Shown here one piece after another: positions 28,604 through 40,448 of a DNA stretch of 64,000 bases. The first letter of the stretch is position 1. Every line of letters begins with the position of its first letter. Origin of the DNA: Candidatus Latescibacterota bacterium (GTDB lineage: Bacteria > Latescibacterota > UBA2968 > UBA8231); NCBI GenBank assembly GCA_965208105.1, contig OZ242318.1, positions 2,656,001 through 2,720,000 of the forward strand, given 5' to 3'. Below the pieces are notes generated by a model, which saw only the letters and a list, made by a program, of their open reading frames with translations, was not told the origin of the DNA and ran no database searches. Position numbers and translations under genes: made by a program.

Positions 28604-29707
28604 TCACCGGCGATCGACCCCCCGGCGCAGCACAGTCACAAGCCGTTCGGCGCTGTGGCCGTCCCACAGGTCCGGGATCCTTCCCTTCTTCGACTTCCCT
28701 TCGAGTACGCGAAAGGCCTCCCCGACGATGCGGTCGGGCTCGGACCCCACCAGGACATTGGTCCCCATTTCCACCGTTATGGGACGCTCGGTATTGCTCC
28801 GCAAGGTCAGGCAGGGAACCTTGAGAACCGTGGTCTCCTCCTGCAGACCGCCCGAATCCGTGAGCACCATGCGGGCATTCTCCAGGAGTTTGAGCAAGTC
28901 CAGGTATCCCATCGGACCGCTCAAGCAGACCCGTTCCATTTTCGCGAAGGAGGGGGCGAGCCCCGAGGACTCGATGCTCTTCCGGGTGCGGGGATGTACT
29001 GGGAAGACGATGGGAATCCGCTCCTGGATCCGGGCGAATGCCTGCGCAATGCCCTCCAGAGTCTGCACATCGTCAACGTTGGAGGGACGGTGCAGGGTGG
29101 CCACGGCGTACCCGCCTGAAGCCAGTCCCAGATCCTCCCTGACGGTGGAAGAGGCGGCGCGCGGACGCATCCTGACCATCGTATCGATCATGACGTTGCC
29201 GACCCGGAAGATACATGACGCCGGCACGTTCTCCGCTTTGAGATTGGCGTCGGAGTCTTCAGAATAGGTGAAAAGGACATCGGCCAGAGCATCCGTGGCA
29301 ATGCGGTTGAGCTCCTCGGGCATGCGGCGGTCGCCGCTGCGTAGTCCGGCCTCCACGTGGGCGACCGGGACATCTCCCTTGCTCGCGGCCAGGGCGCAGG
29401 CCAGGGTTGACGTGGTGTCTCCCACGACCGCGACCAGGTCGGGCTTTTCGGCCCGCAGCACCGAATCGAATCCGGTCAGGATATGGGCAGTCTGTGCGAC
29501 GGGGTCGTCGCTGCGGGCTCCTAGGTGGAAATCGGGCGGAGGCAGCTCCAGGTCGCTGAAGAAGATGGAGGACATCTCATGGTCGTAGTGCTGGCCGGTG
29601 TGAACAAGAATGGGGACGAACTCTTCAGGGTAGCTGCGCAACTCGGCGAGGACAGGGGCGACCTTCATGAAGTTCGGCCGCGCTCCGGCCACAAGGACGA
29701 TTTTCAT
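28604..29707 (-). CDS. wecB: UDP-N-acetylglucosamine 2-epimerase (non-hydrolysing)
   Basis: GARPNFMK, HTGQHYD, HVEAGLRS, PEELNR, TDSGGLQEE and TERP. Confidence 0.95.
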   Translation of the reverse strand: MKIVLVAGARPNFMKVAPVLAELRSYPEEFVPILVHTGQHYDHEMSSIFFSDLELPPPDFHLGARSDDPVAQTAHILTGFDSVLRAEKPDLVAVVGDTTSTLACALAASKGDVPVAHVEAGLRSGDRRMPEELNRIATDALADVLFTYSEDSDANLKAENVPASCIFRVGNVMIDTMVRMRPRAASSTVREDLGLASGGYAVATLHRPSNVDDVQTLEGIAQAFARIQERIPIVFPVHPRTRKSIESSGLAPSFAKMERVCLSGPMGYLDLLKLLENARMVLTDSGGLQEETTVLKVPCLTLRSNTERPITVEMGTNVLVGSEPDRIVGEAFRVLEGKSKKGRIPDLWDGHSAERLVTVLRRGVDRR

Positions 29708-29853
29708 ATGGCTCCTGGCGCAAAAGCTCGTCCTGCTCAGGGGTGGGTTCGAGGCGGAATCAGTAGTGCGGACGGTAAATATACCCACCCTTCCAGAAGC
29801 TGTAAACAACTGCAGGAGGCCCGGGCTGAAGCGGCGGGAAGGAAAACTGTTTA

Positions 29854-30624
29854 TCAGGGACCTCTGCAGGAATTGCCCGTGGTGAGGGTATGCGAGGGTC
29901 CCAGCTGCGCATGGGTGACCACCGCGTATTGCAGCCACCGGCGGCGCGCTCCCAGTTCCAGCCCCATGGCGAATCGGCGGGGGCTGGAGCGGGTTGCGGC
30001 CATCAGGCGCAGGCGCCTGTGGAGGCGATGCTCCGCGGCCAGAGCCAGGCGCGTGGGGCGCCCGCCCCGTTTCTGCATGCGGGCGTAGAGAGGATTTGAT
30101 GCGCCTGGTCGATGCTCCACCTTGGCGAAGATCTGGCGCCGCGCGAGGTTCCCCGCCCTCTGCTGCCACCAGGCGCTCAGCTTCAGACCCTGGACCAGGT
30201 CCAGGCTGAATCCCAGTCCCAGCCTCGTGTCCTGCAGCCCCCCGGCACCGTCCTGCTGCAGACGCAATGCTGTGAGCGATGCGCCTGCCGAGAGTCGCCG
30301 GGTCAATTTGCCGCCCGCTCCCACCCAGGCACTCAGCTCGCGATGGAGATCATACCCGGTGGAGCTGACCCCCGCACCTCCACCCCAAACCCCGAAGGAC
30401 CGCGTGAGCCCCAAACTGTGCCGGCGGAGCTGACGCAGGCCGAAGGGCAGGTGCTGCCCCAGGCTCCATTGGAAGCATGAGGCAGCTTTCAGGTCGGCGG
30501 GGTTGGCGTAGAGACCGTGGCGGGCGGCGAACGGCAGCGATGACTCCGGCCCGTCCAGCTCGAATGCAGCCTCCGCATCCACCGTGCCGAGCAGAACTAC
30601 GGTCCAAATACGACTGAAAACCAT
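29854..30624 (-). CDS. Putative outer-membrane beta-barrel (PorV/FadL-like)
   Basis: Signal-like N-terminus, YANPADL resembling the NPA motif, and alternating amphipathic strands. Confidence 0.5.
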   Translation of the reverse strand: MVFSRIWTVVLLGTVDAEAAFELDGPESSLPFAARHGLYANPADLKAASCFQWSLGQHLPFGLRQLRRHSLGLTRSFGVWGGGAGVSSTGYDLHRELSAWVGAGGKLTRRLSAGASLTALRLQQDGAGGLQDTRLGLGFSLDLVQGLKLSAWWQQRAGNLARRQIFAKVEHRPGASNPLYARMQKRGGRPTRLALAAEHRLHRRLRLMAATRSSPRRFAMGLELGARRRWLQYAVVTHAQLGPSHTLTTGNSCRGP

Positions 30625-30805
30625 CCGCCACTCCCCGAAGCCTGGTTGCCTCCGCATGAAATAGCAATTCGCAGGCCAATTCCAGGGCACGAGGAGCCGG
30701 AGCAGGTGGAGAAGGCAGGACGACGAGGCAACACCGCGGTGCCGTGGCCGGGCAGAACCGCTTCCCTCCCTTGACGATGGCCGTTCCGATCATAGCTTCA
30801 GCCAC

Positions 30806-31822
30806 GTGCAGACCATCATCCTCCAGGAGCCGGAACAATTCATTCGCACCGAGTCCGACGCCCCCACCGAACCCGCGCCGGGACACGCATTGGTTCGCGT
30901 CCACCGCATGGGGATTTGCGGCACGGACCTCCATGCCTTTCGCGGGCGCCAGCCTTTCTTCTCCTACCCGCGTATTCTGGGACATGAGCTCGGAGTGGAG
31001 GTGTTACAGGTGGGAGAAGGGGTGGAAGGCCTCGAACGTGGAACCCTTTGCACGATCGAGCCCTACCTGCATTGCGGACAGTGCCTGGCCTGCCGCCGCG
31101 GCCGCCTCAACTGCTGCTCCCGGCTGCAGGTGCTGGGCGTACACGTCGACGGTGGAATGCGGGAGTTGATCGTCGTTCCGGGAGAGAAACTGCATCCCTC
31201 TCCCCTGCTTACCCTGGACCAGCTGGCTCTGGTGGAGACCCTGGGTATCGGCGCCCATGCCGTGCAGCGCGCCGCCCTGGACCGGGATGAAAACGTCCTC
31301 GTCATCGGTGCCGGACCCATCGGTCTTTCAGTTGTCCAGTTTGCCCAGATCGCCGGCGCCCGGGTGATGGTCATGGAAGTCGACGACGGCAGATTGAAAT
31401 TCTGCCTTGAACGTTTCGGAATAGATCGCGGTGTTGACGGGAAGAACGATGGGCGCAGGCAAGTGGAGGAATTCCTCGGAGGGGAACTGCCCACAGCGGT
31501 ATTCGACGCAACGGGCAATGCCGAATCCATGATGTCCGCCTTCGACTACGTTGCCCAGGGCGGCCGCCTCGTCTTCGTGGGCCTAGTACAGGCCGATATC
31601 ACCTTCCACGATCCCGAGTTCCACCGCCGCGAACTCACCCTACTCAGCAGCCGCAACTCCACCAGAGGTGACTTCCTGCGGATTATCCGGCTGCTCGAGG
31701 AGGAACGCATCGATACCCGGCCATGGATCACCCACCGGGCCAATTTCGATAATGTAATCGAAGAGTTTCCCACCTGGCTCGACCCCCGCACCGGGGTGAT
31801 CAAGGCCATGATGGAGTTCTGA
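30806..31822 (+). CDS. Zn-dependent medium-chain dehydrogenase (LgoD/YjjN-like)
   Basis: GICGTDLH, GHE, CGQCLAC...NCC and GAGPIG. Confidence 0.88.
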   Translation: MQTIILQEPEQFIRTESDAPTEPAPGHALVRVHRMGICGTDLHAFRGRQPFFSYPRILGHELGVEVLQVGEGVEGLERGTLCTIEPYLHCGQCLACRRGRLNCCSRLQVLGVHVDGGMRELIVVPGEKLHPSPLLTLDQLALVETLGIGAHAVQRAALDRDENVLVIGAGPIGLSVVQFAQIAGARVMVMEVDDGRLKFCLERFGIDRGVDGKNDGRRQVEEFLGGELPTAVFDATGNAESMMSAFDYVAQGGRLVFVGLVQADITFHDPEFHRRELTLLSSRNSTRGDFLRIIRLLEEERIDTRPWITHRANFDNVIEEFPTWLDPRTGVIKAMMEF

Positions 31823-31855
31823 GCCCGACCTTGTCCCCGGCGCGGCTCGGCAACT

Positions 31856-32374
31856 TCAACCTCGCCAATAGATTGCGGTCTTGAAGCGGATTTCCCCGGG
31901 GCGAGCATCCACGGCCATACCCTTGAAATTCGCCAGGTGCGCGTCCACGTAGGCATCGAGGGCGGCGAGAATTGTGGTAAGTCCCAGGAAGAGAAAGCGA
32001 GTATTCCGCCTGGAGGCCCGGTCTTCGCGCTCCCAGGAGGTTTGCAGGCGGCTTGAAGAGCGAGTCTCGACCACGGCGGCGGTCAGAAAGCCGGTGGCTG
32101 CCGCGCCGAAGCCGAGGGCCTTCCATGGCTTCCCGTTGTAGTTCTGGCCCCAGCCAGGCAAAACGGCTGATCGCAGCATGGCGCGGTGGGGATCAGGCCG
32201 CCGCAGACTATCCCCGGCCGCCGGCTCGGAGCCCGGTTGCGCCGCAGCGATGCAGACCGGCGTGAGAAGAAGGGCCGACAGAGCCGGCAGCAGCGAGCAC
32301 CGCCCCATCGGCCGCGCGATGCTTTCAGCGCAACGGGCACCCGAGCCGGATGCCTTCCTCGATTTGATAGCCAA
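31856..32374 (-). CDS. DUF5683-like membrane protein
   Basis: SAVLPGWGQ.YN..WKA and LDAYVDAHL motifs. Confidence 0.7.
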   Translation of the reverse strand: MAIKSRKASGSGARCAESIARPMGRCSLLPALSALLLTPVCIAAAQPGSEPAAGDSLRRPDPHRAMLRSAVLPGWGQNYNGKPWKALGFGAAATGFLTAAVVETRSSSRLQTSWEREDRASRRNTRFLFLGLTTILAALDAYVDAHLANFKGMAVDARPGEIRFKTAIYWRG

Positions 32375-33266
32375 GTACGAATGCCTTTCCTTCCATTCTG
32401 GACTTTCCCGGCGGCTGTACTTCGGTGAGAAGCAAGGCCCCGTCTCCAGCCCGCACCACCAGGCCCTGGCGCGAGTCTGCCCTGAGTACCGTGCCGGGCT
32501 CGCCCTCCAGACTGGAATCCAGCCTCAGGGCGCGGTGCACTTTCAGCAGACCCGTACCCCATTCAGTGAAAGCCCCCGGCACGGGATTCGCGCCTCGGAT
32601 AAGGTTGCGCACGACCTCGGCCGGCTGGCTCCAGTCGATGCGGCCGTCTTCCTTGCCCACCTTGGGAGCCCAGCTTACTCCCGACCGGGGCTGCGGCCTG
32701 GGATTCAGAGTACCCTGTTGGAGTCCATCCACGGATTTCACCAGCAGGTCGGCTCCCAGGTCCTGCAGGCGCCCCTCCAGCTCACCCGCGGTTTCCTCCG
32801 GGCCTATGGCAACACTCTGCTGCATGAGGATGTCCCCCGCGTCCAGCCGCGCGTCGATCAGAATGGTAGTTATCCCGGTCGTTCGTTCGCCGTTGACCAG
32901 CGCCCGGATGATCGGGGCCGCTCCACGGTAGGCCGGCAGCAACGAAGGGTGCAGGTTGAGCGCGCCAAGGGCGGGGATTTCAAGCAGTTGGGGTGGCAAT
33001 ATGGAGAAGGCCACGACCACGAAGAGGTCGGGCTCGTATGCGGCCAGCCGCGCTGCCAGCCCGGGATCACTCAGATTTTTTGCCTGGAGTAGCTCGAGGC
33101 CGAATTCGCGCGCGCTCAGGGCGACCGGAGGAGGGGTCGGCCTGCGCCCGCGCCCGCGGGGTCGGTCGGGATTGGTCAGAACTGCCGAGATCTCGTGCGC
33201 GCTGGCAGCCAGCCGCTGCAGGGAGGGAACAGCAAAATCCGGCGTGCCCATGAAAACCAGCTTCAT
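32325..33266 (-). CDS. fmt: Methionyl-tRNA formyltransferase
   Basis: FMGTPDFA, NLHPSLLPAYRGAAP and LDAGD. Confidence 0.95.
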   Translation of the reverse strand: MKLVFMGTPDFAVPSLQRLAASAHEISAVLTNPDRPRGRGRRPTPPPVALSAREFGLELLQAKNLSDPGLAARLAAYEPDLFVVVAFSILPPQLLEIPALGALNLHPSLLPAYRGAAPIIRALVNGERTTGITTILIDARLDAGDILMQQSVAIGPEETAGELEGRLQDLGADLLVKSVDGLQQGTLNPRPQPRSGVSWAPKVGKEDGRIDWSQPAEVVRNLIRGANPVPGAFTEWGTGLLKVHRALRLDSSLEGEPGTVLRADSRQGLVVRAGDGALLLTEVQPPGKSRMEGKAFVLGYQIEEGIRLGCPLR

Positions 33267-33281
33267 CCTGCCGCCAGTTGC

Positions 33282-33614
33282 TCACTTGTTTTGGGCGCCG
33301 GATCTAACCCGCGAAACCGCGGAGCGCGAAAGCTCGATCCTCACGTTTTCGGCGATTTTTACTACGATGACGTCGTCTTTGAGGTTGGTGATGATGCCGT
33401 GAATACCGCCGCTCGTGACGATGGCGTCGCCCTTCTGCAACTCGTCGATCATCTTCTGCTGGTTCTTCTGCTTCCTCATCTGGGGGCGCAGAATGAACAG
33501 GTACAGGACCAGGAACATGAGGACGAAGGGGAGCAGCGAAGCAATGGGGCTTGCGCCTCCCCCCTCTCCGGGAGACGAGCCCATGGCATGTGCCGCGTCG
33601 ATAAGATTGAACAA
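33282..33614 (-). CDS. yajC: Preprotein translocase subunit YajC
   Basis: YLFILRPQ and KGDAIVTSGGIHG. Follows tgt. Confidence 0.92.
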   Translation of the reverse strand: MFNLIDAAHAMGSSPGEGGGASPIASLLPFVLMFLVLYLFILRPQMRKQKNQQKMIDELQKGDAIVTSGGIHGIITNLKDDVIVVKIAENVRIELSRSAVSRVRSGAQNK

Positions 33615-33674
33615 GGCATGATCCTTTCTGTGGGCGGGGGACTGGATTGGACTATGCAGGAAATTTAGGAAAAA

Positions 33675-36033
<2,359 letters not shown>

Positions 36034-36092
36034 TGGAAATCTTCGGAGAAATTGAACTCAATTCTGAAGGGTATCCGAAACCACCGGACAAA

Positions 36093-36767
36093 TCACCAGT
36101 TGTGAGTTCTGTGATGGTTCTTTGCAGCCCCCCAGGAGATTGAAGGGGACATTGGCTTGGCCCCTCCCTGGAACCCGCCGCAGTCCCCGCTCAGGGGATC
36201 GTCGATCCAGCGGATCATCTTCCAGAGACCATCTTCGGCCAGGCGCAGCTTGTAGTTCATGATCTGGTCGACGTCGAAGCCGTCGCCGTTTTCGTCGAGC
36301 AGGGTCATGATTACCCTGCCGCGGAATACCTCCCAGTCCTCGTCCGGGTGTCCGTCTGGATCATCCTCGTGCTGTTTGGGGTACTCCGGTCCAAGTTCGC
36401 GGCTGCGCTTGATGGGCTTGAACTCGAAGTCGAAGGTGACGAATATGTCGAAAATTCCGGGTTTGTCACTATCGCGGCTTCCACCCATTATCTCCAGTTC
36501 TTCCTCTTTTCCGTTCTCCAGGACGATATCTCCCTGGCAGTCCTCCTCGGTGAACCAGAAATCCTCGTCCAGCAGCGTTTCGTACAGATCCTTGTCGCGG
36601 TCGCGCATGGCCCGGTTCAGGTTGTCCATGAGGATCTCGGGGGTCTCGGTCGAGGGCGCCGGAGGCTTTGTAATGCCTGTCGAAGTGTGCTTTTTCGGGG
36701 CGAAGGGGTTGGAGCATGCGCACAGGACCAGGAAAGAGAGGAGAATTTGTAAAACGATGAATTTCAT
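36093..36767 (-). CDS. Lipoprotein of unknown function (possible NTF2-like fold)
   Basis: Lipobox LCAC-SNPFAP, Y..LLDEDF.F and W...RW.D. Confidence 0.65.
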   Translation of the reverse strand: MKFIVLQILLSFLVLCACSNPFAPKKHTSTGITKPPAPSTETPEILMDNLNRAMRDRDKDLYETLLDEDFWFTEEDCQGDIVLENGKEEELEIMGGSRDSDKPGIFDIFVTFDFEFKPIKRSRELGPEYPKQHEDDPDGHPDEDWEVFRGRVIMTLLDENGDGFDVDQIMNYKLRLAEDGLWKMIRWIDDPLSGDCGGFQGGAKPMSPSISWGAAKNHHRTHNW

Positions 36768-36784
36768 GATGCTCAGCTCTTCCC

Positions 36785-37543
36785 CTAATGGCCAAACTCT
36801 GCCCGGAGTTCGCCCCAGGAGCGCTTGGCCGGTGCGGCATCGCGCTGGTCCTGCCAGCGCTGTATCGCCCACACCGGGTTTTCCACCGTCGGGGTTACCA
36901 GATCCACCGCCATCCGGCCTTTGATCGAGATGATTCCGCCAGGCTCCCCCGTGTCCAACAGCTCGGGGAAATCGACTTCATACGGGAATACATAGGTTTC
37001 GAGCAACCCTTCCTCGGTGAGAATTCTTTCGTCCTTCGACGCTTCGTACCAACGGTGGAAGCGGATGGCATCGACGCTTCGAGGATCGAGCAGCGCAAGT
37101 ACGAAGCGGCGTTCCTGCTCGCGTGTCCACAGGGTATCGCGGTTGGCATTGTAGACTTCGGGATGCAGCTGGATGTCCTGGGCGTCCGGCAAAAAGAAAA
37201 AGTCCTCGCTGAGCTGGTCCATGTACTGGTTCGGACTGCGGGCTTGGGGCCGGGCTTCGAAGACTATCCGGACGTTGGCCAGAACGTTTTCCGGGCGCGT
37301 CGGCTCCAACAGCAAGAGACGTTCTCCGCTGGGACAATCCGGCGTCTGGACGGAAAAGGGATTGCCTCCGGAGGTCCTCTCCACTGGGATTTCGGCGCCG
37401 CGGCAATGGGGAAAAAGGTTCGGGTCGGTGTCCTCCGTGCAACGGCAATCCGCCTGGACGCCGTCGTCCAGGCCGCAGCCGGCAAAGGCCATGGCCCACC
37501 CGATGACCAATGGAGCTGAGAGGAGGTGCGACCGGACACCCAT
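36785..37543 (-). CDS. Lipoprotein of unknown function, distant paralog of the neighbouring gene
   Basis: Lipobox FAGC, Y...LSEDF.F and W...RW.D. Confidence 0.6.
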   Translation of the reverse strand: MGVRSHLLSAPLVIGWAMAFAGCGLDDGVQADCRCTEDTDPNLFPHCRGAEIPVERTSGGNPFSVQTPDCPSGERLLLLEPTRPENVLANVRIVFEARPQARSPNQYMDQLSEDFFFLPDAQDIQLHPEVYNANRDTLWTREQERRFVLALLDPRSVDAIRFHRWYEASKDERILTEEGLLETYVFPYEVDFPELLDTGEPGGIISIKGRMAVDLVTPTVENPVWAIQRWQDQRDAAPAKRSWGELRAEFGH

Positions 37544-37551
37544 TTCCCATT

Positions 37552-38529
37552 TCAGAATCTGAATGGAACCGGAGTAAAGCAAAGAGCGAAGACAGCCAGG
37601 CAAAGGTAGCCGAGGCGTCGGCGTCGGGGGTCGAGGGGAGTGCCGGGATCGCGCGTCGATGGATGGTCCCTGCCCAGCAACAGGAGCAGGAAAGCCAGCG
37701 CCAGCCAAACGGGCGATCCCTGCAGGCCGCCCCACAAAGGTGATAAAATATTGAATAGTCCCAGACCCAACAAGGCGGCAAAAGTGAGGCGTCCGATGAG
37801 GCGGTGGCGGCGCCCGAAGAGGGCGTAGACGATATGACCGCCGTCGAGCTGCCCGACGGGAAAGAGATTGAATGCAGTGATGAAAAGGCCGACCCAGCCG
37901 GCAAATGCCACGGGACTCAGCAGCACCATCTGGTCGGGAACGACCTCCGGCAGGAAGAGGGCGGACAGCCCCCTGAAGATGAGGGGAGCTCCCAGTTGGA
38001 TCGGCTCCCAGTGGAAGTATCTCTCCTGGACGAGGGTTGACTGAGGAAGGCCGATCACGCAGGCAGCCAGGGCAATGACGAGGCCGGCCAGGGGGCCGGC
38101 GGCGCCGATGTCGAGCAATGCCCTGTTGTTCGGAATCGGGGAGCGAATTTTGATGACCGCTCCCAGGGTTCCGAGAAACGAGAAGTAGGGCAAGGGTATG
38201 AAATAGGGCAGGGAGGCCCTGACGCCCCATCTGCGGGCGGCAAAGTAATGACCGAACTCGTGAGCCGTGAGCACGCCGAGCAATGTCGCCGCAAAGGGAA
38301 TGCCCTCGACCAGGTGGGGAAGCGAAGCCATGCCTGCAAATACATTGGCACCCTGCTGCATGGCTCCGGCTGCGACCATGGAGAAGAGGGTCAGCACGAA
38401 GAGAACGACGTGCTTCCAGGGCCGGCTCCCGCCGCTGGCGGGCGGCTTGCCCCGGGACCTGACAGCGGATGCAATCTCTGCCTGGACGGACCCCAAAATA
38501 GCAGGCCGGTCCTTGCGCCATGGATTCAA
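37552..38529 (-). CDS. Site-2 protease (M50) family membrane metalloprotease
   Basis: HEFGH, AGPLAG and NLFPVGQLDGGH. Confidence 0.9.
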   Translation of the reverse strand: MNPWRKDRPAILGSVQAEIASAVRSRGKPPASGGSRPWKHVVLFVLTLFSMVAAGAMQQGANVFAGMASLPHLVEGIPFAATLLGVLTAHEFGHYFAARRWGVRASLPYFIPLPYFSFLGTLGAVIKIRSPIPNNRALLDIGAAGPLAGLVIALAACVIGLPQSTLVQERYFHWEPIQLGAPLIFRGLSALFLPEVVPDQMVLLSPVAFAGWVGLFITAFNLFPVGQLDGGHIVYALFGRRHRLIGRLTFAALLGLGLFNILSPLWGGLQGSPVWLALAFLLLLLGRDHPSTRDPGTPLDPRRRRLGYLCLAVFALCFTPVPFRF

Positions 38530-38535
38530 GGAATC

Positions 38536-39483
38536 TCAACCTCCCCGGTGCAACTGCAGCGCGAAGCGGTGAGCTTCGCCCAGGGCCGATTTGAAAGGGG
38601 GGATGAAGGCGTATTCCAGAGTCCAGTTACTGGACCTGAGACCCATCCCCAGGGTCAGTTTCCGGTGGTGGGTGTTTTGATATCCCGCCCGCAGCACCAG
38701 GCGGGATCCGAGGGCAGTCTCGCCTCCCATGTGCAGGGTGGTCGGACGACCGGCGGCGCGATGGGTTGCTACGCTGAGGAGGATTGGGCCGAATCCGGCA
38801 TAGGTCAAGCCCAGGCGCCCCTGCATCGGGAGCCTGGTCGCCGTTCGATTCAGCTCGCTCATGCGTCCGAGGTTCCGCAGCGCAACTCCCGCGCGCATAT
38901 GGGGAAGGAAGGTGTACAGCAGGCCGAAATCCACGGCCGCACCAGTGGCTGTGCTGGTAAAGACACTCTCGCGGATCAGCTTGAAGTTGGCCCCCAGGCG
39001 CAGCTTTTTATTCCAGGCCCGGGCGTAGGCCATATTGATCACCCCGTTGTAGACGCCGAACCTTCCCAGGGGCCGGGCGCTCGGACCGGTGCGATGCTCG
39101 AGACCCTCCGCCTGTGAAACCTGGGCGGAAAATCCCACCACCCCGCGCCTGGAAACAAGAACCAGGGAGAAATGATCGTGACGAATGCCCTGGAAAAACT
39201 CGCTGTGAGTAAGCCCCACGCTTCCCCGGCCCCGGCCCTGCAAGGCCGCCGGGTTGTAGCTGATCGCCTCCATGTCCGGCAGCGCCGTCGAGGCTTCGGC
39301 CATGGCCGCGTTCCGCGCTCCGGAGCTGAGCAGCAAAAAGGGCAGGCCGCTGCCGATGGCCGAGCTCTGGACCGGCAGCCCCAGCATAGCGAGGGCAATC
39401 AGAAGGCATCCAGCTCCCGTGCTGGAACGCGCATTCAGTTTTGTATTCCTCCGGGCGCAGCCCTTTGGTTTTTCGCAGTCCAA
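38536..39483 (-). CDS. PorV/PorQ-like outer-membrane beta-barrel
   Basis: GARNAAMAE...YNPAAL N-terminal motif and DFGLLY strands. Confidence 0.75.
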   Translation of the reverse strand: MDCEKPKGCARRNTKLNARSSTGAGCLLIALAMLGLPVQSSAIGSGLPFLLLSSGARNAAMAEASTALPDMEAISYNPAALQGRGRGSVGLTHSEFFQGIRHDHFSLVLVSRRGVVGFSAQVSQAEGLEHRTGPSARPLGRFGVYNGVINMAYARAWNKKLRLGANFKLIRESVFTSTATGAAVDFGLLYTFLPHMRAGVALRNLGRMSELNRTATRLPMQGRLGLTYAGFGPILLSVATHRAAGRPTTLHMGGETALGSRLVLRAGYQNTHHRKLTLGMGLRSSNWTLEYAFIPPFKSALGEAHRFALQLHRGG

Positions 39484-39491
39484 TGGTTACC

Positions 39492-40448
39492 TCAAAAATT
39501 GGAAGTAAGGCCGAATATGCTGCCACCGCCGGCGCCCAGTTCTTCGGTGGCATAGGTGTAGTGAAACTGGAGCTTCTCCCGCCGCATGGGGCGCAGGGTC
39601 AGGCCCGTCGTGATCGAGCCCACCCCGCGGTCCGATCCCGGCACCCGGTGGAGACCGCCGCGCAAGGTCAGGGAGGAGTTGACTTCCCACTCCGTCCCCA
39701 GGTCGAGGTAGGCAGCGTCTCCAAAGTGGAGGTCGGCGGCCAGCAGCAGACTTTCCCGGAGGCGATGGGCAACCCCCACGGCAAACGTGGTCGCAAGGGG
39801 GTCATTGCTGGTGCTGACTCGCTGCCCGCCGCGGGGGACCTTCCAGCTCAACTCGGCGTTCAGGTTGCGCGCGGTGGCGGCCAGGATGGTCCGCCGGGTC
39901 AGGTGGATCTGCGTGCCCAGGTCAAATCCGTGGCCCTTGCCGGAGGCATCCTTGACGAAGGATGGGACCTTGACCCTGTGGCTGATAATCTTCATGGCTC
40001 CGCCCACCGCGATGCGGCCGCCCAGGCGCCTGCCCACCGCAACGTGGAAGGCATTCTCCAGGTTGTCCATCTCGCCGATGATGACGCCGCTGGCTGCCCT
40101 TTCCTCCAGTCCCCCCACACTGGCGTGCAACCAGGTGAAACCAAAGGCCAGCTCTCCGCGCAGGTTCAGGGTGCCGGAGATGCTGCTCTGGCGGCGGTCA
40201 AGGGAGAGGGGGCTGATCGACGTGGATAGGCCCCTGCTCCCCGTGCGGACCAGACCGGCGGGGTTCCAGTAGGGAGCGGAAGCGTCGTCGGCGACAGCGG
40301 CGAAGGCGTTGCCCATGCCGCGCCCGCGGGCACCCACGCCGGTCTCCAGAAAGGCGGCGGCGAAGCCGTCAGCGTGGGACGAAGCCGTGGAAAGCAGGCA
40401 GAATACCGAGGCGGTGAACTTCGCCCGCATGCGGGAAGATTTTTTCAA
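39492..40448 (-). CDS. PorV/PorQ-like outer-membrane beta-barrel
   Basis: FLETGVGARGRGMG...DDASAPYWNPAGL and terminal Phe. Confidence 0.8.
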   Translation of the reverse strand: MKKSSRMRAKFTASVFCLLSTASSHADGFAAAFLETGVGARGRGMGNAFAAVADDASAPYWNPAGLVRTGSRGLSTSISPLSLDRRQSSISGTLNLRGELAFGFTWLHASVGGLEERAASGVIIGEMDNLENAFHVAVGRRLGGRIAVGGAMKIISHRVKVPSFVKDASGKGHGFDLGTQIHLTRRTILAATARNLNAELSWKVPRGGQRVSTSNDPLATTFAVGVAHRLRESLLLAADLHFGDAAYLDLGTEWEVNSSLTLRGGLHRVPGSDRGVGSITTGLTLRPMRREKLQFHYTYATEELGAGGGSIFGLTSNF

